A stretch of 64,000 nucleotides of DNA from an uncultured Spirochaetota bacterium (GCA_963845535.1 CAWJSK010000013.1:1-64000), one strand, 5' to 3'. Numbered from the stretch's first letter, positions 52,885-63,018 are shown. The notes: generated by a model not told the origin, from the letters alone. Numbers and translations: made by a program.

Positions 52885-53487
52885 ATGGGCAAGCTGGTAT
52901 ACGTGATGAATACATCACTCGACGGATATGTCGAGGACAGTGCCGGAAAATTCGAATGGACGACACCGGACGAGGAAGTCTTTCTGGCCATCAGCGACAT
53001 AGTGCGAGCCGCAGGAACATATCTCTACGGACGCCGAATGTATGAGACGATGGTCTGCTGGGATTCAAGCGCTGCGTTCGAGCGCGCAACTGGACAGCCC
53101 CTCGATGGTCAACCCGCTCCCACAAGGGATTTCGCGAAAATGTGGCAGGCAGCGGACAAGATCGTCTATTCCCAAACCCTGGAGAGGGTTGCTACCGCAA
53201 GAACCCAGCTTCGCAGCAAGTTCGACACGCAAGAGATTGGCAACCTCAAATCGCAAACGAACCGCGATATTACGATTGGAGGCCCACACCTCGCCGCCGC
53301 TGCGATTCGGGCTGACCTGATCGATGAATACAATCTCTTTGTGGTTCCAATTGTGGTAGGAAAGGGCAAGAGCATGTTCTCAAACGAAGTGAGCATGTCG
53401 CTTGATTTCTTGGACGAACGCCATTACAAGAGCGGCGTAGTGAGGCTCCGCTACCGCCGCCGGGAAAGGGGGAAATCCGGCCAGTAA
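52885..53487 (+). CDS. dihydrofolate reductase-like (RibD C-terminal) protein
   Basis: TSLDGY, LYGRRMYE, GGPHLA, LIDEY. Confidence 0.9.
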   Translation: MGKLVYVMNTSLDGYVEDSAGKFEWTTPDEEVFLAISDIVRAAGTYLYGRRMYETMVCWDSSAAFERATGQPLDGQPAPTRDFAKMWQAADKIVYSQTLERVATARTQLRSKFDTQEIGNLKSQTNRDITIGGPHLAAAAIRADLIDEYNLFVVPIVVGKGKSMFSNEVSMSLDFLDERHYKSGVVRLRYRRRERGKSGQ

Positions 53488-53495
53488 GGAAACTC

Positions 53496-53535
53496 CACCC
53501 GACCCGCCCGGCGAGTACGCCGCACGGAGCACGCC
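53496..53535 (+). repeat. dispersed structured repeat, copy G (compact remnant)
   Basis: CACCCGACCCG...GCGAGTACGC...GAGCACGCC. Confidence 0.5.
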
Positions 53536-53552
53536 TCCAAGAGTGTCAGCTC

Positions 53553-53711
53553 TCTGAGCAACTCCGAAAGGTTAGGAAAGGAGCCCCGAATCGTCAACAG
53601 TGACCGGGACACACCTATTGCGGAAGTGATTCGTTACAAGCCCCAGGCGTCGAGCCTGGTAATCCGAGCTCCCCTGGTCACACCGTTCAAGGCTCCGCGG
53701 GCATCTTTTCG
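53553..53711 (+). pseudogene. duplicated internal fragment of the Phd antitoxin gene
   Basis: Near-identical to 51963-52120, with one extra C and several substitutions. Confidence 0.85.
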
Positions 53712-53786
53712 CCGGGGGCGAGGCGGTGCGTGCACCCTGAAGACGCAGCGGCGGCCGGCGGCCGTGCGTTCGTGTGGGGCACGCCC
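53710..53786 (+). repeat. dispersed structured repeat, copy H (right half)
   Basis: CGCCGGGGGCGAGGCGGTGCGTGCACCCTG...TTCGTGTGGGGCACGCCC. Confidence 0.75.
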
Positions 53787-53856
53787 AGCAGCGCCTTCCG
53801 TGATGTTGGCTGCAAATGGCAAAGCGCTGTAGACTGTCGCAAGCGGAGACAAAATC

Positions 53857-53975
53857 GTGGACAGCCAGACGCTGCGCTATTATGAAAGCTACGCGGAAGA
53901 AGCGGCGCGCCGGTACGAGGGAGCGGAGGCGGGCATCGCGTCCTTGTTCCCGTTTGCATTCCAGAGTGGGGAGGG
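53857..53975 (+). pseudogene. class I SAM methyltransferase N-terminal remnant
   Basis: MDSQTLRYYESYAEEAARRYE...; breaks off before motif I. Confidence 0.4.
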
Positions 53976-54151
53976 GGTTGGGAGAAGGCGCTTTTTGGCG
54001 GGTTCCCGGAGGCAGTCGAATACACCGCTTCCGCCAGGGGCGCGGAGAGGTGGGAGCTGGGATAGACGCATAGTCAGACTGGAGCCCACCTCTGGCGTGT
54101 AGTCAAGCGTAATGGCGCTTCCGCTCGTTATTGGGCGGAGGAGCCCGAGAA

Positions 54152-54433
54152 ATGAGAGTCCAGATTACAAGCCATACGTTGCAACGCGCGCGTGAGAGAG
54201 GGGCTAACGAATCCGAAATCAGGGAGGTTTTGGAGTCTGGGTCCCCAACGCCGGTAAAATACGGCACGCCAGGCAAGGCAAAGGTCTTCGACTACAACGG
54301 TTATCGATCTGGGAGGTGGTATTCGCAGAAAAGAGTCGAGGTGTATTTCGCCATCGAAGGGGATGTCATCTCGACCATAACTGTGTATGTTTTCTATGGC
54401 AAATGGGAGTCTCCACATGAAAATCGAATATGA
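54152..54433 (+). CDS. DUF4258 family protein (RelE-like putative toxin)
   Basis: ITSHTLQRARERGANESEIREVL...ITVYVFYG; paired with DUF2283. Confidence 0.75.
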   Translation: MRVQITSHTLQRARERGANESEIREVLESGSPTPVKYGTPGKAKVFDYNGYRSGRWYSQKRVEVYFAIEGDVISTITVYVFYGKWESPHENRI

Positions 54434-54614
54434 CGAGCAGGCAGACCTTTTGTACCTACGCCTTGATCCCCGCCCGCAAGAGGTCATGAACAAAAGAGTT
54501 ACAGAAGATATTGTCCTGGATGTCGGCAAAGAGGACAAAATTGTTGGCATCGAGATTATGAATGCCTCAAAGAACTTGGATCTGGCACAGGTCGGATTCG
54601 AGAAAGTGGGCTAA
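54417..54614 (+). CDS. DUF2283 family protein (putative antitoxin)
   Basis: MKIEYDEQADLLYLRL...IVGIEIMNAS. Confidence 0.85.
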   Translation: MKIEYDEQADLLYLRLDPRPQEVMNKRVTEDIVLDVGKEDKIVGIEIMNASKNLDLAQVGFEKVG

Positions 54615-54714
54615 GCGGGCGAGAACAGACGGTGCTTCAGCCTGCCGTGCGGCTCCTTGAAGGCGCGCATGGTTCCCGGAGGCCGGCCCAATCCTGATCA
54701 TCAAGGACGGCTCA

Positions 54715-55404
54715 CTATCGCGCGAAATTGTATCCGCTGCGACGAACAGTGCGTATGAAAGACTTCCCTCCGCAGCTCAGTTTCCGCCGCAGATGGGCGA
54801 TATGAACGTCGACAGTCCGGGTAGACAGGATCGTATCGTAGCCCCACACGACGTCCAGAAGGGTCTGCCGATCGATGGTTTGCCCCTTGTGCTGCACAAG
54901 GTGGGACAGGAGAGCGAACTCCATCGACGTGAGAGGGATCACATGATCTTCTCTCGAAAGGCGCCGTTCCTTGAGGTCCAGCTGAAAGGGCCCAAACTCA
55001 TAGCAGCTATCCGAAGCGCAACTGACCTTCGAATTCGTGCGGCGCAGCAGAGCTTCCAGCCGGGCGAGAAGCTCGACAACGGCAAAAGGCTTTGTCAGAT
55101 AGTCGTCGGCGCCCGCCTTGAGGCCCCGGACCCGGTCGGGCACCGCCGCGAGCACCGTGAGCATGATGATCGGGGTGGTGAGGCCCTGAGCCCGGATTCG
55201 AGAACAGACCTCGAAGCCGTCCACCAGGGGCAGATTGGCGTCAAGCACGATGACGTCGTAGTGCGTCGTGAGGATTGCCGTGACCGCTTCCGCGCCATCC
55301 GAGCGATGATCGACGCGGAACCCTTCCCACACAAGGCGATCCATCAGGGGGCCGGCGATGTCCTGCTCGTCCTCGACCAGGAGAAGACGATCACGGTGCG
55401 GCAT
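54715..55404 (-). CDS. OmpR-family response regulator
   Basis: LLVEDE, LDANLP, GADDYLTKPF, RTVDVHIAHLRRKL. Confidence 0.92.
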   Translation of the reverse strand: MPHRDRLLLVEDEQDIAGPLMDRLVWEGFRVDHRSDGAEAVTAILTTHYDVIVLDANLPLVDGFEVCSRIRAQGLTTPIIMLTVLAAVPDRVRGLKAGADDYLTKPFAVVELLARLEALLRRTNSKVSCASDSCYEFGPFQLDLKERRLSREDHVIPLTSMEFALLSHLVQHKGQTIDRQTLLDVVWGYDTILSTRTVDVHIAHLRRKLSCGGKSFIRTVRRSGYNFAR

Positions 55405-56634
55405 CGCGGAAATCCTCCTTGCGGAGCGCCCAGTCGGGCTTGCGGTCCATCCTGGGGTTGGTGTCATCGCTGTAGGGAAGGAGCAATCGGAACACGCACC
55501 CCTGGGTTTCCGGCCGTTTCACAAAAGGTTCGGTCACCTGGATCAGCGGCCGCTCTTCGGTGTGCTTCGGCGCGGTTTCCCGGTAGTCAAAAAGGATGAA
55601 GGCGCCCCGCGACCACAATCGCAGCACTCCGGCATGATGTCGCACCGCACGGCGGACGAGGTACAGTCCGACGCCCTCCGAAGTAGCCTGGTAGATGGTC
55701 CGCGGCGCAAAATGACTCGGCGATTCCGCGCTGCGCTGTGAGCTGGCGCGGTACGACATGCCGTCGTGGTAGAACTTGCCGAGGCTTGGTTTGGCGACTC
55801 CTTCTGCCGCGTCGTGGTAGAACTCGCCGAGGCTCGGCTTTGAGCCCGGCCGGTCAGCTGGAAGACGGTCTGCAATCGAGAGGGATCGATGCCAGGACCA
55901 TGATCGCGGACCACGAGATTGACGTGCCGCCTGTTGGACATCTCTTCCTGCCGGGCGCCGATGACGATTCTGTTTCCCTCCCGGCCGTTGTGGATGGCGT
56001 TGATGAGAAGGTTGTGCAGCGCCTCGAACAGCAAAGTGAAAGAGCCGGGGAAGAGGGGAAGGTCCGGGGCAACGCGTAAGAACACGATCGCGCCTCGGCG
56101 GTCCGCCTCACTGCGGGCCGTGTTCAGCACGTCGTCAATCAACGCGGGAATATCAACCTTCTCCACGGTCGTGGCCTCGGCCGGCTGGGTCCCGCTGCTT
56201 GTGACGGCGTGGGAGAGGATCTCCTCCACGGCGGAGGCCAGTCGCTTGGATTCCCGACAGACGATGTCCCCGTAGTTGCGCACGTGCTCACGACTACTGA
56301 TGATTCCCCCTGCCATGTTCTCCCCGACCGACTGGAGCGCGGAAAGAGGGCTTTTCAGCTCATGGGCAGCAGCCATAAGGATTTCCCGCTGCCGTCGAGC
56401 CACTTCGCGGTGGTACACACTGCGCGCCTCAGCAGCGACAAACAGCAGAACCAGGATGGACAACGCGACTGCAGAGGGCACCAAAGGGACCGTCGCTGTT
56501 GGTCCGGTCTCTCCGTCGTCGCTTGCCCGGCCTCGGTCCATCGGCGCAAGGACGAACGTGACAACAAGGAAGATCACGCACAGCGCAACGAGCAACCGCA
56601 CAATCACCAGCAGGGGGAAGGGGTCTTTGGTCAC
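55391..56634 (-). CDS. sensor histidine kinase, frameshift at ~55840
   Basis: Two TM segments, AHELKSPL, NLLINAI, DHGPGI; G2 box EGVGLYLVRR lies in the second frame (ORF 55391-55759). Confidence 0.8.
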
Positions 56635-57084
56635 CGGATCAGTATAGCATAGGACTTCGGCGGCTCATTACGCCGGGCTGCTGCCGCACTGCAATTTTAC
56701 ATTCGTAACATTCCACGCGCCTTTGTCGGCCCAAATTTTACATACCGGAAACCACCGACAGTCGAAATCCTCGTAGGATGCTGACGAGCTCTTGCAATGC
56801 CGGACCCAGTTGGTCGCTGACGGGCCTCTATTTGCAGGACGCTCCGCACCGGCCCCACCGGGGGAGAGTTGTCAAGCTCTCTCTCCTCCCGGGGGGCCTC
56901 ATTAGAATCGCGCCGTTCAACCGAGACGCCAAGGCTGGCGCCGGTAGCGAGATGCCCTCGCCGAGCGGGGGCTGACCCGTTCGATCCCGCGGCAGAGGAG
57001 GTCATGCCTATGAGCTGAAAGCAAGGGTCCAGGTTTTCGATCGTTCGTCGTTTCTGCACAAAAAAACTTGAGGAGGAGACAAGA

Positions 57085-57876
57085 ATGAACGAGAAGAGTC
57101 TTGGAAGAGAGGTAATCGGCGAGATTTTCGGGACATTCATCCTGATTGTCCTGGGCGACGGCGTCGTCGCCAACGTGGGACTCGCCCCCCGCGCGCTCTT
57201 CAGCGGATGGTATTGGGTCACTGTGGGATGGGCAATGGCCGTCATCATCGCTGTTTATATCAGCGGCGGCGTGTCGGGCGCGCATCTGAACCCGGCTGTC
57301 ACCATCGGGTTGGCGGTGAAGCGCGGCTTTCCAGCAAAGAAGATATTGCCCTTCATTCTTGCGCAGTTGGTAGGCGCTTTCCTCGGTGCCCTGGTCGTGT
57401 ACCTGTGCTACCGTGACGGCCTGCAGGCTGCCGGAATGCCCAACGTGTGGACATCCGGTCCTGGCTCTGTATTCGGGCAAACCTATTGGAACGGCGGAGT
57501 CCACGAAGCCCTCGGCGACTACAGCCTGATCACCGCATGCATTACCGAGGTTGTCGGCACAATGATGCTGCTATTAGCAGTCCTGGCGTCCGGAGACTCC
57601 AAGAACATGGGTCTTATGCACAACCTGGCTCCGATGCTTGTCGGCGGCGTCGTTCTCGCTGTCGGTCTCTCCCTGGGCGGGCCCAGCGGTTATGCCATCA
57701 ACCCCGCTCGTGACTTCGGACCGCGTCTTTTCGGGTTGATCGCCGGCACGAAGGGCTTGTTCGACGGAATCTATTGGCTGGTTGCTCCGATTATCTCCCC
57801 GATCATTGGGGGCGTCCTCGGCGTACTTTTCTACGACTGGTTCATCACGCCCGCTTTCAAGAACAAAGCGGCGTAG
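57085..57876 (+). CDS. glpF: glycerol uptake facilitator (MIP aquaglyceroporin)
   Basis: [10 protein letters not shown] and [12 protein letters not shown]; upstream of glpK. Confidence 0.93.
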   Translation: MNEKSLGREVIGEIFGTFILIVLGDGVVANVGLAPRALFSGWYWVTVGWAMAVIIAVYISGGVSGAHLNPAVTIGLAVKRGFPAKKILPFILAQLVGAFLGALVVYLCYRDGLQAAGMPNVWTSGPGSVFGQTYWNGGVHEALGDYSLITACITEVVGTMMLLLAVLASGDSKNMGLMHNLAPMLVGGVVLAVGLSLGGPSGYAINPARDFGPRLFGLIAGTKGLFDGIYWLVAPIISPIIGGVLGVLFYDWFITPAFKNKAA

Positions 57877-57965
57877 CAAGATCACGGTCACTGTGGCGAG
57901 CTTTCCGGTCGGCAGATAGCGAGCTATCTGCCGACTCTGTTTCACGCAGGCAAAGGAGCGGAATC

Positions 57966-59460
57966 ATGGCGAAATACGTAGCAGCAGTAGATCAAGGGAC
58001 GACGAGCACACGGTTTATGGTCTTCGACCATAGCGGCAAGGTGGTCGCTGTCGAGCAGAAGGAGCATGAGCAGATCTATCCCAAGCCGGGTTGGGTCGAG
58101 CACAACGCAATAGAAGTCTGGGAGCGCACGCAGGATGTCATCAAAGGCGTGCTGAAAAAAGTGAACGTGAAGGACATCGCTGCGGTTGGTGTGACCAACC
58201 AGCGCGAAACAACGGTGGTGTGGGAGAAGGCCACGGGCAAGCCGGTGCACAACGCGATTGTGTGGCAGGATACCCGAACGGTCACCATCTGCAACGAGCT
58301 CAGCAAGGATGGAGGGCAGAACCGGTTCCGCGAGAAGGTTGGCCTGCCCATCGACACCTATTTCTCCGGGCCGAAGATCAAGTGGATCTTGGACAACGTT
58401 CCGGGGGTTCGTGCAAAAGCGGAAAAGGGCGAAGTTCTTTTCGGCAACATGGACACCTGGGTGATCTGGAATCTCACGGGCGGACCCAAGGGCGGAGTGC
58501 ACGTCACTGACGTCTCCAACGCTTCGCGCACCATGTTGATGAACCTGAACACCCTGGACTGGGATGACGAGATGCTGCAGGTCATCGGCGTGCCCAGGGC
58601 GATGCTGCCCAAGGTCATGCCCTCCAGCGCCAAGTACGGAACGGCTGTCGGGGATCTGGCAGGCATTCCTGTTGCTGGGGACCTGGGTGACCAGCAGGCA
58701 GCGCTCTTCGGACAGACCTGCTTCAGCCCCGGTGAGTCCAAGAACACGTACGGCACAGGGTGTTTCATGCTGCTCAACACAGGTAATAAACCCGTTCAGT
58801 CCCGGAACGGTCTCTTGACCACGTTGGGCTACAAGATCGGGGACCAACCCGCAGTGTACTGCCTCGAGGGCTCCATCGCCATTACCGGAGCCCTGGTACA
58901 GTGGATTCGCGACAACTTGGGACTGATTTCCAAGTCATCCGAGATCGAAGCGCTGGCCAAGACAGTGGATGACAACGGAGGCATCTTCTTCGTTCCAGCG
59001 TTCTCGGGTCTGTACGCCCCATACTGGAAAAGCGATGCGCGCGGCGTCATCGTCGGTCTCACACGCTACATCAACAAGGGGCATCTGGCCCGCGCGGTGC
59101 TTGAAGCCACAGCCTTCCAGACGCGGGAGGTTCTGGATGCGATGAACAAGGATTCGGGGGTCGCCCTTACCGCTCTCAAGGTGGACGGAGGCATGGTGTT
59201 CAACGAGCTTCTCATGCAGTTCCAGTCCGACATCCTGGGCGTGCCTGTCATCCGACCGACCGTGGCGGAGACGACTGCCCTCGGTGCCGCGTATGCGGCA
59301 GGGCTTGCAGCTAGGCTTCTGGGGCAAGGTGGAAGACCTGCGGGCCAACTGGGGCAAGGACCGTGAATGGCAGCCCAAGATGGATGCATCGCATCGAGAA
59401 AAGCAGTACAAGCTCTGGAAGAAGGCCGTGACACGCGCGTTCGACTGGGTCGAGGCCTGA
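57966..59460 (+). CDS. glpK: glycerol kinase, +1 frameshift at ~59310
   Basis: [31 protein letters not shown]-terminus GFW...[11 protein letters not shown] in the next frame; joins to 497 aa. Confidence 0.95.
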
Positions 59461-59482
59461 GACAATAGAAATCGAGCTCAGG

Positions 59483-59521
59483 GGAGGGAAGGCAGCGGGG
59501 TTCCCGATGGCCTTCCCTTCC
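59483..59521 (+). terminator. GC-rich hairpin after glpK
   Basis: GGAGGGAAGGC...GCCTTCCCTTCC; no clear U-tract. Confidence 0.35.
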
Positions 59522-59687
59522 GCCCCAGTTCTCGCGGACCGCGGTGCAGTCTGATACGGCGGCCGTGTCGCGTGACCGGCCACCAAAATCTTTCAGAGTC
59601 GCCCCCAATACGCCGATAGCTTCGCGCTTTCCGTTTGGCGCAGGCGCACGTTTACACTGTGCCTCTCGAGCATCTGCGCCACTGCTT

Positions 59688-59734
59688 GAGATAACGAATG
59701 CCTCGAAAAACTTGGATCTGGCACAGGTCGGATT
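59688..59734 (+). repeat. 47-bp duplicate of the DUF2283 gene 3' end
   Basis: Matches 54552-54598 (GAATGCCTC.AA.AACTTGGATCTGGCACAGGTCGGATT). Confidence 0.8.
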
Positions 59735-59916
59735 GGGAAGACTGTCACTTCGTCAACTCTTAGCGACAAACCTCGCCGTGATTTCCGTGACCCTGTTCTT
59801 CGCCGATACTCTTCGATGGCGACACCAAATGAGCGGCATCCGGCTGCTCGGAAAGGTTGCAATCAGCCGGGCCACGGACTTGCATTTGGACGGTCCATCG
59901 CTTACGATTGGCCGCA

Positions 59917-61164
59917 GTGGACAGACGGAGCCTTCATCCCCGTTTCGCGGAATCGCGTCTCGTGGAGGCGCTCTCGGACACGCCTGTGGTCCTCATCCAC
60001 GGGCCGCGTCAGTGCGGCAAGACCACACTGGCCCGGATGGTCGGAGACCCGCGGGGGTACGCCTACTTCTCCTTTGATGACCAGGTTGCCCTTGAAGCGG
60101 CGCGGGCGGACCCAGCCGGGTTTGTGGCAGACCTTCCTGAGCGCAGCATCCTGGACGAAGTGCAAAAGGTCCCGACGCTCTTCCCCGCGCTCAAGACGGC
60201 CGTAGACCGGGGTCGTGTGCCGGGCCGTTTCCTGCTCACGGGATCTGCCAACGTGCTCCTCGCACCCAGGCTCTCGGAATCCCTTGCCGGCCGCATGGAG
60301 ATCCTGCGCCTGCACCCGCTTGCGCAGTGCGAGCTGGCGGGGAAGAAGCCCCGGTTTCTGGAGGCTCTTTTCAGCGCCGGCTTCAAGACGCGAACGGCGG
60401 ACCGGCTGGGGCAGGCTCTGGCGGAGCGCATTGTCGCCGGCGGGTATCCCCCTGCGCTTGATCGCGCCACGTCGCGCCGACGGTTCGCGTGGTACAGGGA
60501 CTACATCGAGACCATCGTCCAGCGGGACCTCCGCGACCTGGCGCGCATCCGAAGCCTGGACGCGTTGCCCCGTCTTTTATCGCTGTCAGCAGGCCAGACG
60601 GCGCGACTGCTCAACGTGAGTGACCTCGCCGGACCGTTCCATGTGAGCCGCCCGACCATTCGAGACTACGTGACCCTGCTGGAGCAGGTCTTTCTCATAG
60701 AGGAGCTGCAGCCTTGGCATACCAACCGCATAAGCAGGCTCATCAAGACCCCGAAGCTCCATGTCGGAGACACCGGCCTGGCCTGCGCGCTTCTTGACGC
60801 TGACGCAGCCACGCTCGTGGGAGATCGGAGTCTCCTTGGCCAGCTCCTGGAGACCTTCGTCTTCCAGGAGCTGCGCCGGCAGGCGAGCTGGCATGATAGG
60901 GACATCCGCTTTCAGCATTACCGCGACAAGGACGGCGCCGAGGTGGACATCGTGCTGGAGCAGGGTTCGCGGCATCTCGCAGGGATAGAGGTCAAGGCAG
61001 CGGCCACAGTGACGTCAGCGGACTTCCGCGGCCTGCGCAGGCTCAAGGCAGCCGCGGGAGGCCGCTTTGTCGCTGGGGCAGTGCTCTATGACGGCGAATC
61101 CAGCGTAAGCTTCGGCGACGGGTTGTTCGCAGTTCCGATCCGTTCTCTTTGGGAGACTCTATAA
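59917..61164 (+). CDS. AAA_14 ATPase with DUF4143 domain
   Basis: GPRQCGKTT, LDEVQK, LTGSA, SLAGR, KTPKLH, YRDKDGAEVD...IEVK. Confidence 0.92.
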   Translation: MDRRSLHPRFAESRLVEALSDTPVVLIHGPRQCGKTTLARMVGDPRGYAYFSFDDQVALEAARADPAGFVADLPERSILDEVQKVPTLFPALKTAVDRGRVPGRFLLTGSANVLLAPRLSESLAGRMEILRLHPLAQCELAGKKPRFLEALFSAGFKTRTADRLGQALAERIVAGGYPPALDRATSRRRFAWYRDYIETIVQRDLRDLARIRSLDALPRLLSLSAGQTARLLNVSDLAGPFHVSRPTIRDYVTLLEQVFLIEELQPWHTNRISRLIKTPKLHVGDTGLACALLDADAATLVGDRSLLGQLLETFVFQELRRQASWHDRDIRFQHYRDKDGAEVDIVLEQGSRHLAGIEVKAAATVTSADFRGLRRLKAAAGGRFVAGAVLYDGESSVSFGDGLFAVPIRSLWETL

Positions 61165-61181
61165 ACGCACGCGTCGATATT

Positions 61182-61330
61182 CGCTGCTCACCTCCCGCGT
61201 GAGGGGGCGCAGCGGAAACGCCGCAGGCGTTGGAGCGGAGCACCCGACCCGCACGCCGGGGGAGAAGCACTCCGCGCACCCTGGAGGCGCAGCGACGGCC
61301 TGCGGCCGTGTGTTCGTGCGGGGCACGCCC
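61182..61330 (+). repeat. dispersed structured repeat, copy I
   Basis: CGCTGCTCACCTCCCGCGTGAGGGGGCGCAGCGGAAACGCC...CACCCGACCCGCACG...CGTGCGGGGCACGCCC. Confidence 0.88.
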
Positions 61331-61396
61331 AGCAAGTTCGCTTTTTTACAATACTCGCTGCTGGAGAGGCTGTATCTTCTCCCGAGGAGGATGGAA

Positions 61397-62128
61397 ATGG
61401 TTGAGCACCGGGTGTTGTCGCATGACAAGTGGGTGGAGGCGCGGAAGAAGCACCTCGCCAAGGAGAAGGAGCTCACGCGGCTGCGCGACCAGCTGAGCCG
61501 CGAGCGCCGCGAGCTGCCCTGGGAGTTGGTAGAGAAGAGCTACACGTTCGAGGCCGGGCGCGGCGCGCAGACTCTGGCTGACCTGTTCGACGGCCGGAGC
61601 CAGCTGGTCATCTACCACGCCATGTTCAACCCCGAAACCGCGGGACCGAAGACGACGTGGACGGTGGACGCCCCCTGCTTCTCCTGCTCCTTCTGGATGG
61701 ACAACTTCAACGGCATCACCGTCCACCTCAACCACCGCGACATAACCATGGCCGCCGTCTCTCGCGCGCCCTATCAGGCCATCGCTGCCTACAAGAAGCG
61801 CATGGGCTGGGGCTTCCCGTGGTATTCGTCGGCAGGCTGTGATTTCAACTTCGACTACCGCGTCTCCTTCACGGATGCCGAGCGCGCCGCCGGGAAGGTG
61901 GACTACAACTACGGCCTCAACACATGGAGCACGATGTCGGAGGCGCCGGGCATCAGCGTCTTCCTCAAGGAGGCCGACGGCCGCATCTTCCACACGTACT
62001 CCACCTACGCGCGCGGGCTCGACATGCTGAACGTGGCCTACCACTACATGGACCTGGTGCCGAAGGGTCGCGACGAAGGGGACTCGGGCCAACGCTGGGT
62101 GCGCCGCCGCGACGAATACACGGACTGA
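61397..62128 (+). CDS. DUF899 thioredoxin-like protein
   Basis: KEKELTRLRD...RRELPW, PCFSCSF, HTYSTYARG, PKGRDE. Confidence 0.9.
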   Translation: MVEHRVLSHDKWVEARKKHLAKEKELTRLRDQLSRERRELPWELVEKSYTFEAGRGAQTLADLFDGRSQLVIYHAMFNPETAGPKTTWTVDAPCFSCSFWMDNFNGITVHLNHRDITMAAVSRAPYQAIAAYKKRMGWGFPWYSSAGCDFNFDYRVSFTDAERAAGKVDYNYGLNTWSTMSEAPGISVFLKEADGRIFHTYSTYARGLDMLNVAYHYMDLVPKGRDEGDSGQRWVRRRDEYTD

Positions 62129-62135
62129 GGTGGCG

Positions 62136-62939
62136 ATGGACACACGTCAACTCCTGCTGATGCTGCGCCTGGTCAGGCCGGCCCGGCGGCGCGGCTTCTG
62201 TCCCGCCTGCGGGATCGATGTTGCCGGTGCGGCGGGGACCGCGCGCGGCATGGAGATGGCGGCCGGCGGCGTGACGGTGGCAGTCGTGATCGCGGTGGCG
62301 GCGGCGGCCTGGGCGGTCACGGCGTGGCAGATGCTGAGCTCGGGCATGACGATGGGCCTCGGCCCCGTGTGGTCTTTCGCGACCACCTGGACGGAGATGA
62401 TGGCCGCAATGATGCTGCCTTCGGCCATCCCGCTTGTATACCGCTTCGCGCGGGAGGCGGAGGGCCGGCGCGGGCGGCCTGTTGCCCTTGCCGTGCTAAC
62501 GCTCGTCTACCTGGCGGTCTGGCTCGCCTTCGGAGTCATCTGCTACCTCGCATACAACGCGCTCGGTATTTCCGGGCGTGGCCGGGCCGTGGCCGGCGGC
62601 GTCACGCTTGGGCTGGCCGCTCTTTACGCGCTGACGCCGCTCAAGCGCATGAGCCAGGACCGCTGCCGCGAGGTTTGCGCGTTGCACGGTCCGCTGCCTT
62701 TCAACCTGGTTCGCGCCGGCGCCCTGGCCGGCTGGCGCTACGGGTTGAGCTGTCTGGGCTGCAGCGCTGGCCTGATGGTCGCCATGGTCCTGGTCGGGAT
62801 GTCCAGCCTGACTTGGACGGTGGTGCTGGCGGCCCTGGTCCTTGTCTACAAGTTTGCCCCGCGGATGAGCTGGCGGTTGGACGTGGTGCTGGCGGCCGTG
62901 GTGGCCGGGCTCGGGATTGCCTACGCGGTGATAGCCTGA
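62136..62939 (+). CDS. DUF2182 predicted metal-binding membrane protein
   Basis: MMAAMMLPS, LTPLKR, GLSCLGCS; usual partner of DUF899. Confidence 0.88.
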   Translation: MDTRQLLLMLRLVRPARRRGFCPACGIDVAGAAGTARGMEMAAGGVTVAVVIAVAAAAWAVTAWQMLSSGMTMGLGPVWSFATTWTEMMAAMMLPSAIPLVYRFAREAEGRRGRPVALAVLTLVYLAVWLAFGVICYLAYNALGISGRGRAVAGGVTLGLAALYALTPLKRMSQDRCREVCALHGPLPFNLVRAGALAGWRYGLSCLGCSAGLMVAMVLVGMSSLTWTVVLAALVLVYKFAPRMSWRLDVVLAAVVAGLGIAYAVIA

Positions 62940-63018
62940 CCTTTGATGGCCGAGCTGGCGGTGCCTACGAGGCGCAGCGCTTTCATAGCGTCAGGCAGGT
63001 TGCGATATCACACCTCAC

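Noticed and set aside
56960..56992. tRNA-like GTTCGATCC
   Set aside because: No cloverleaf or acceptor stem could be built
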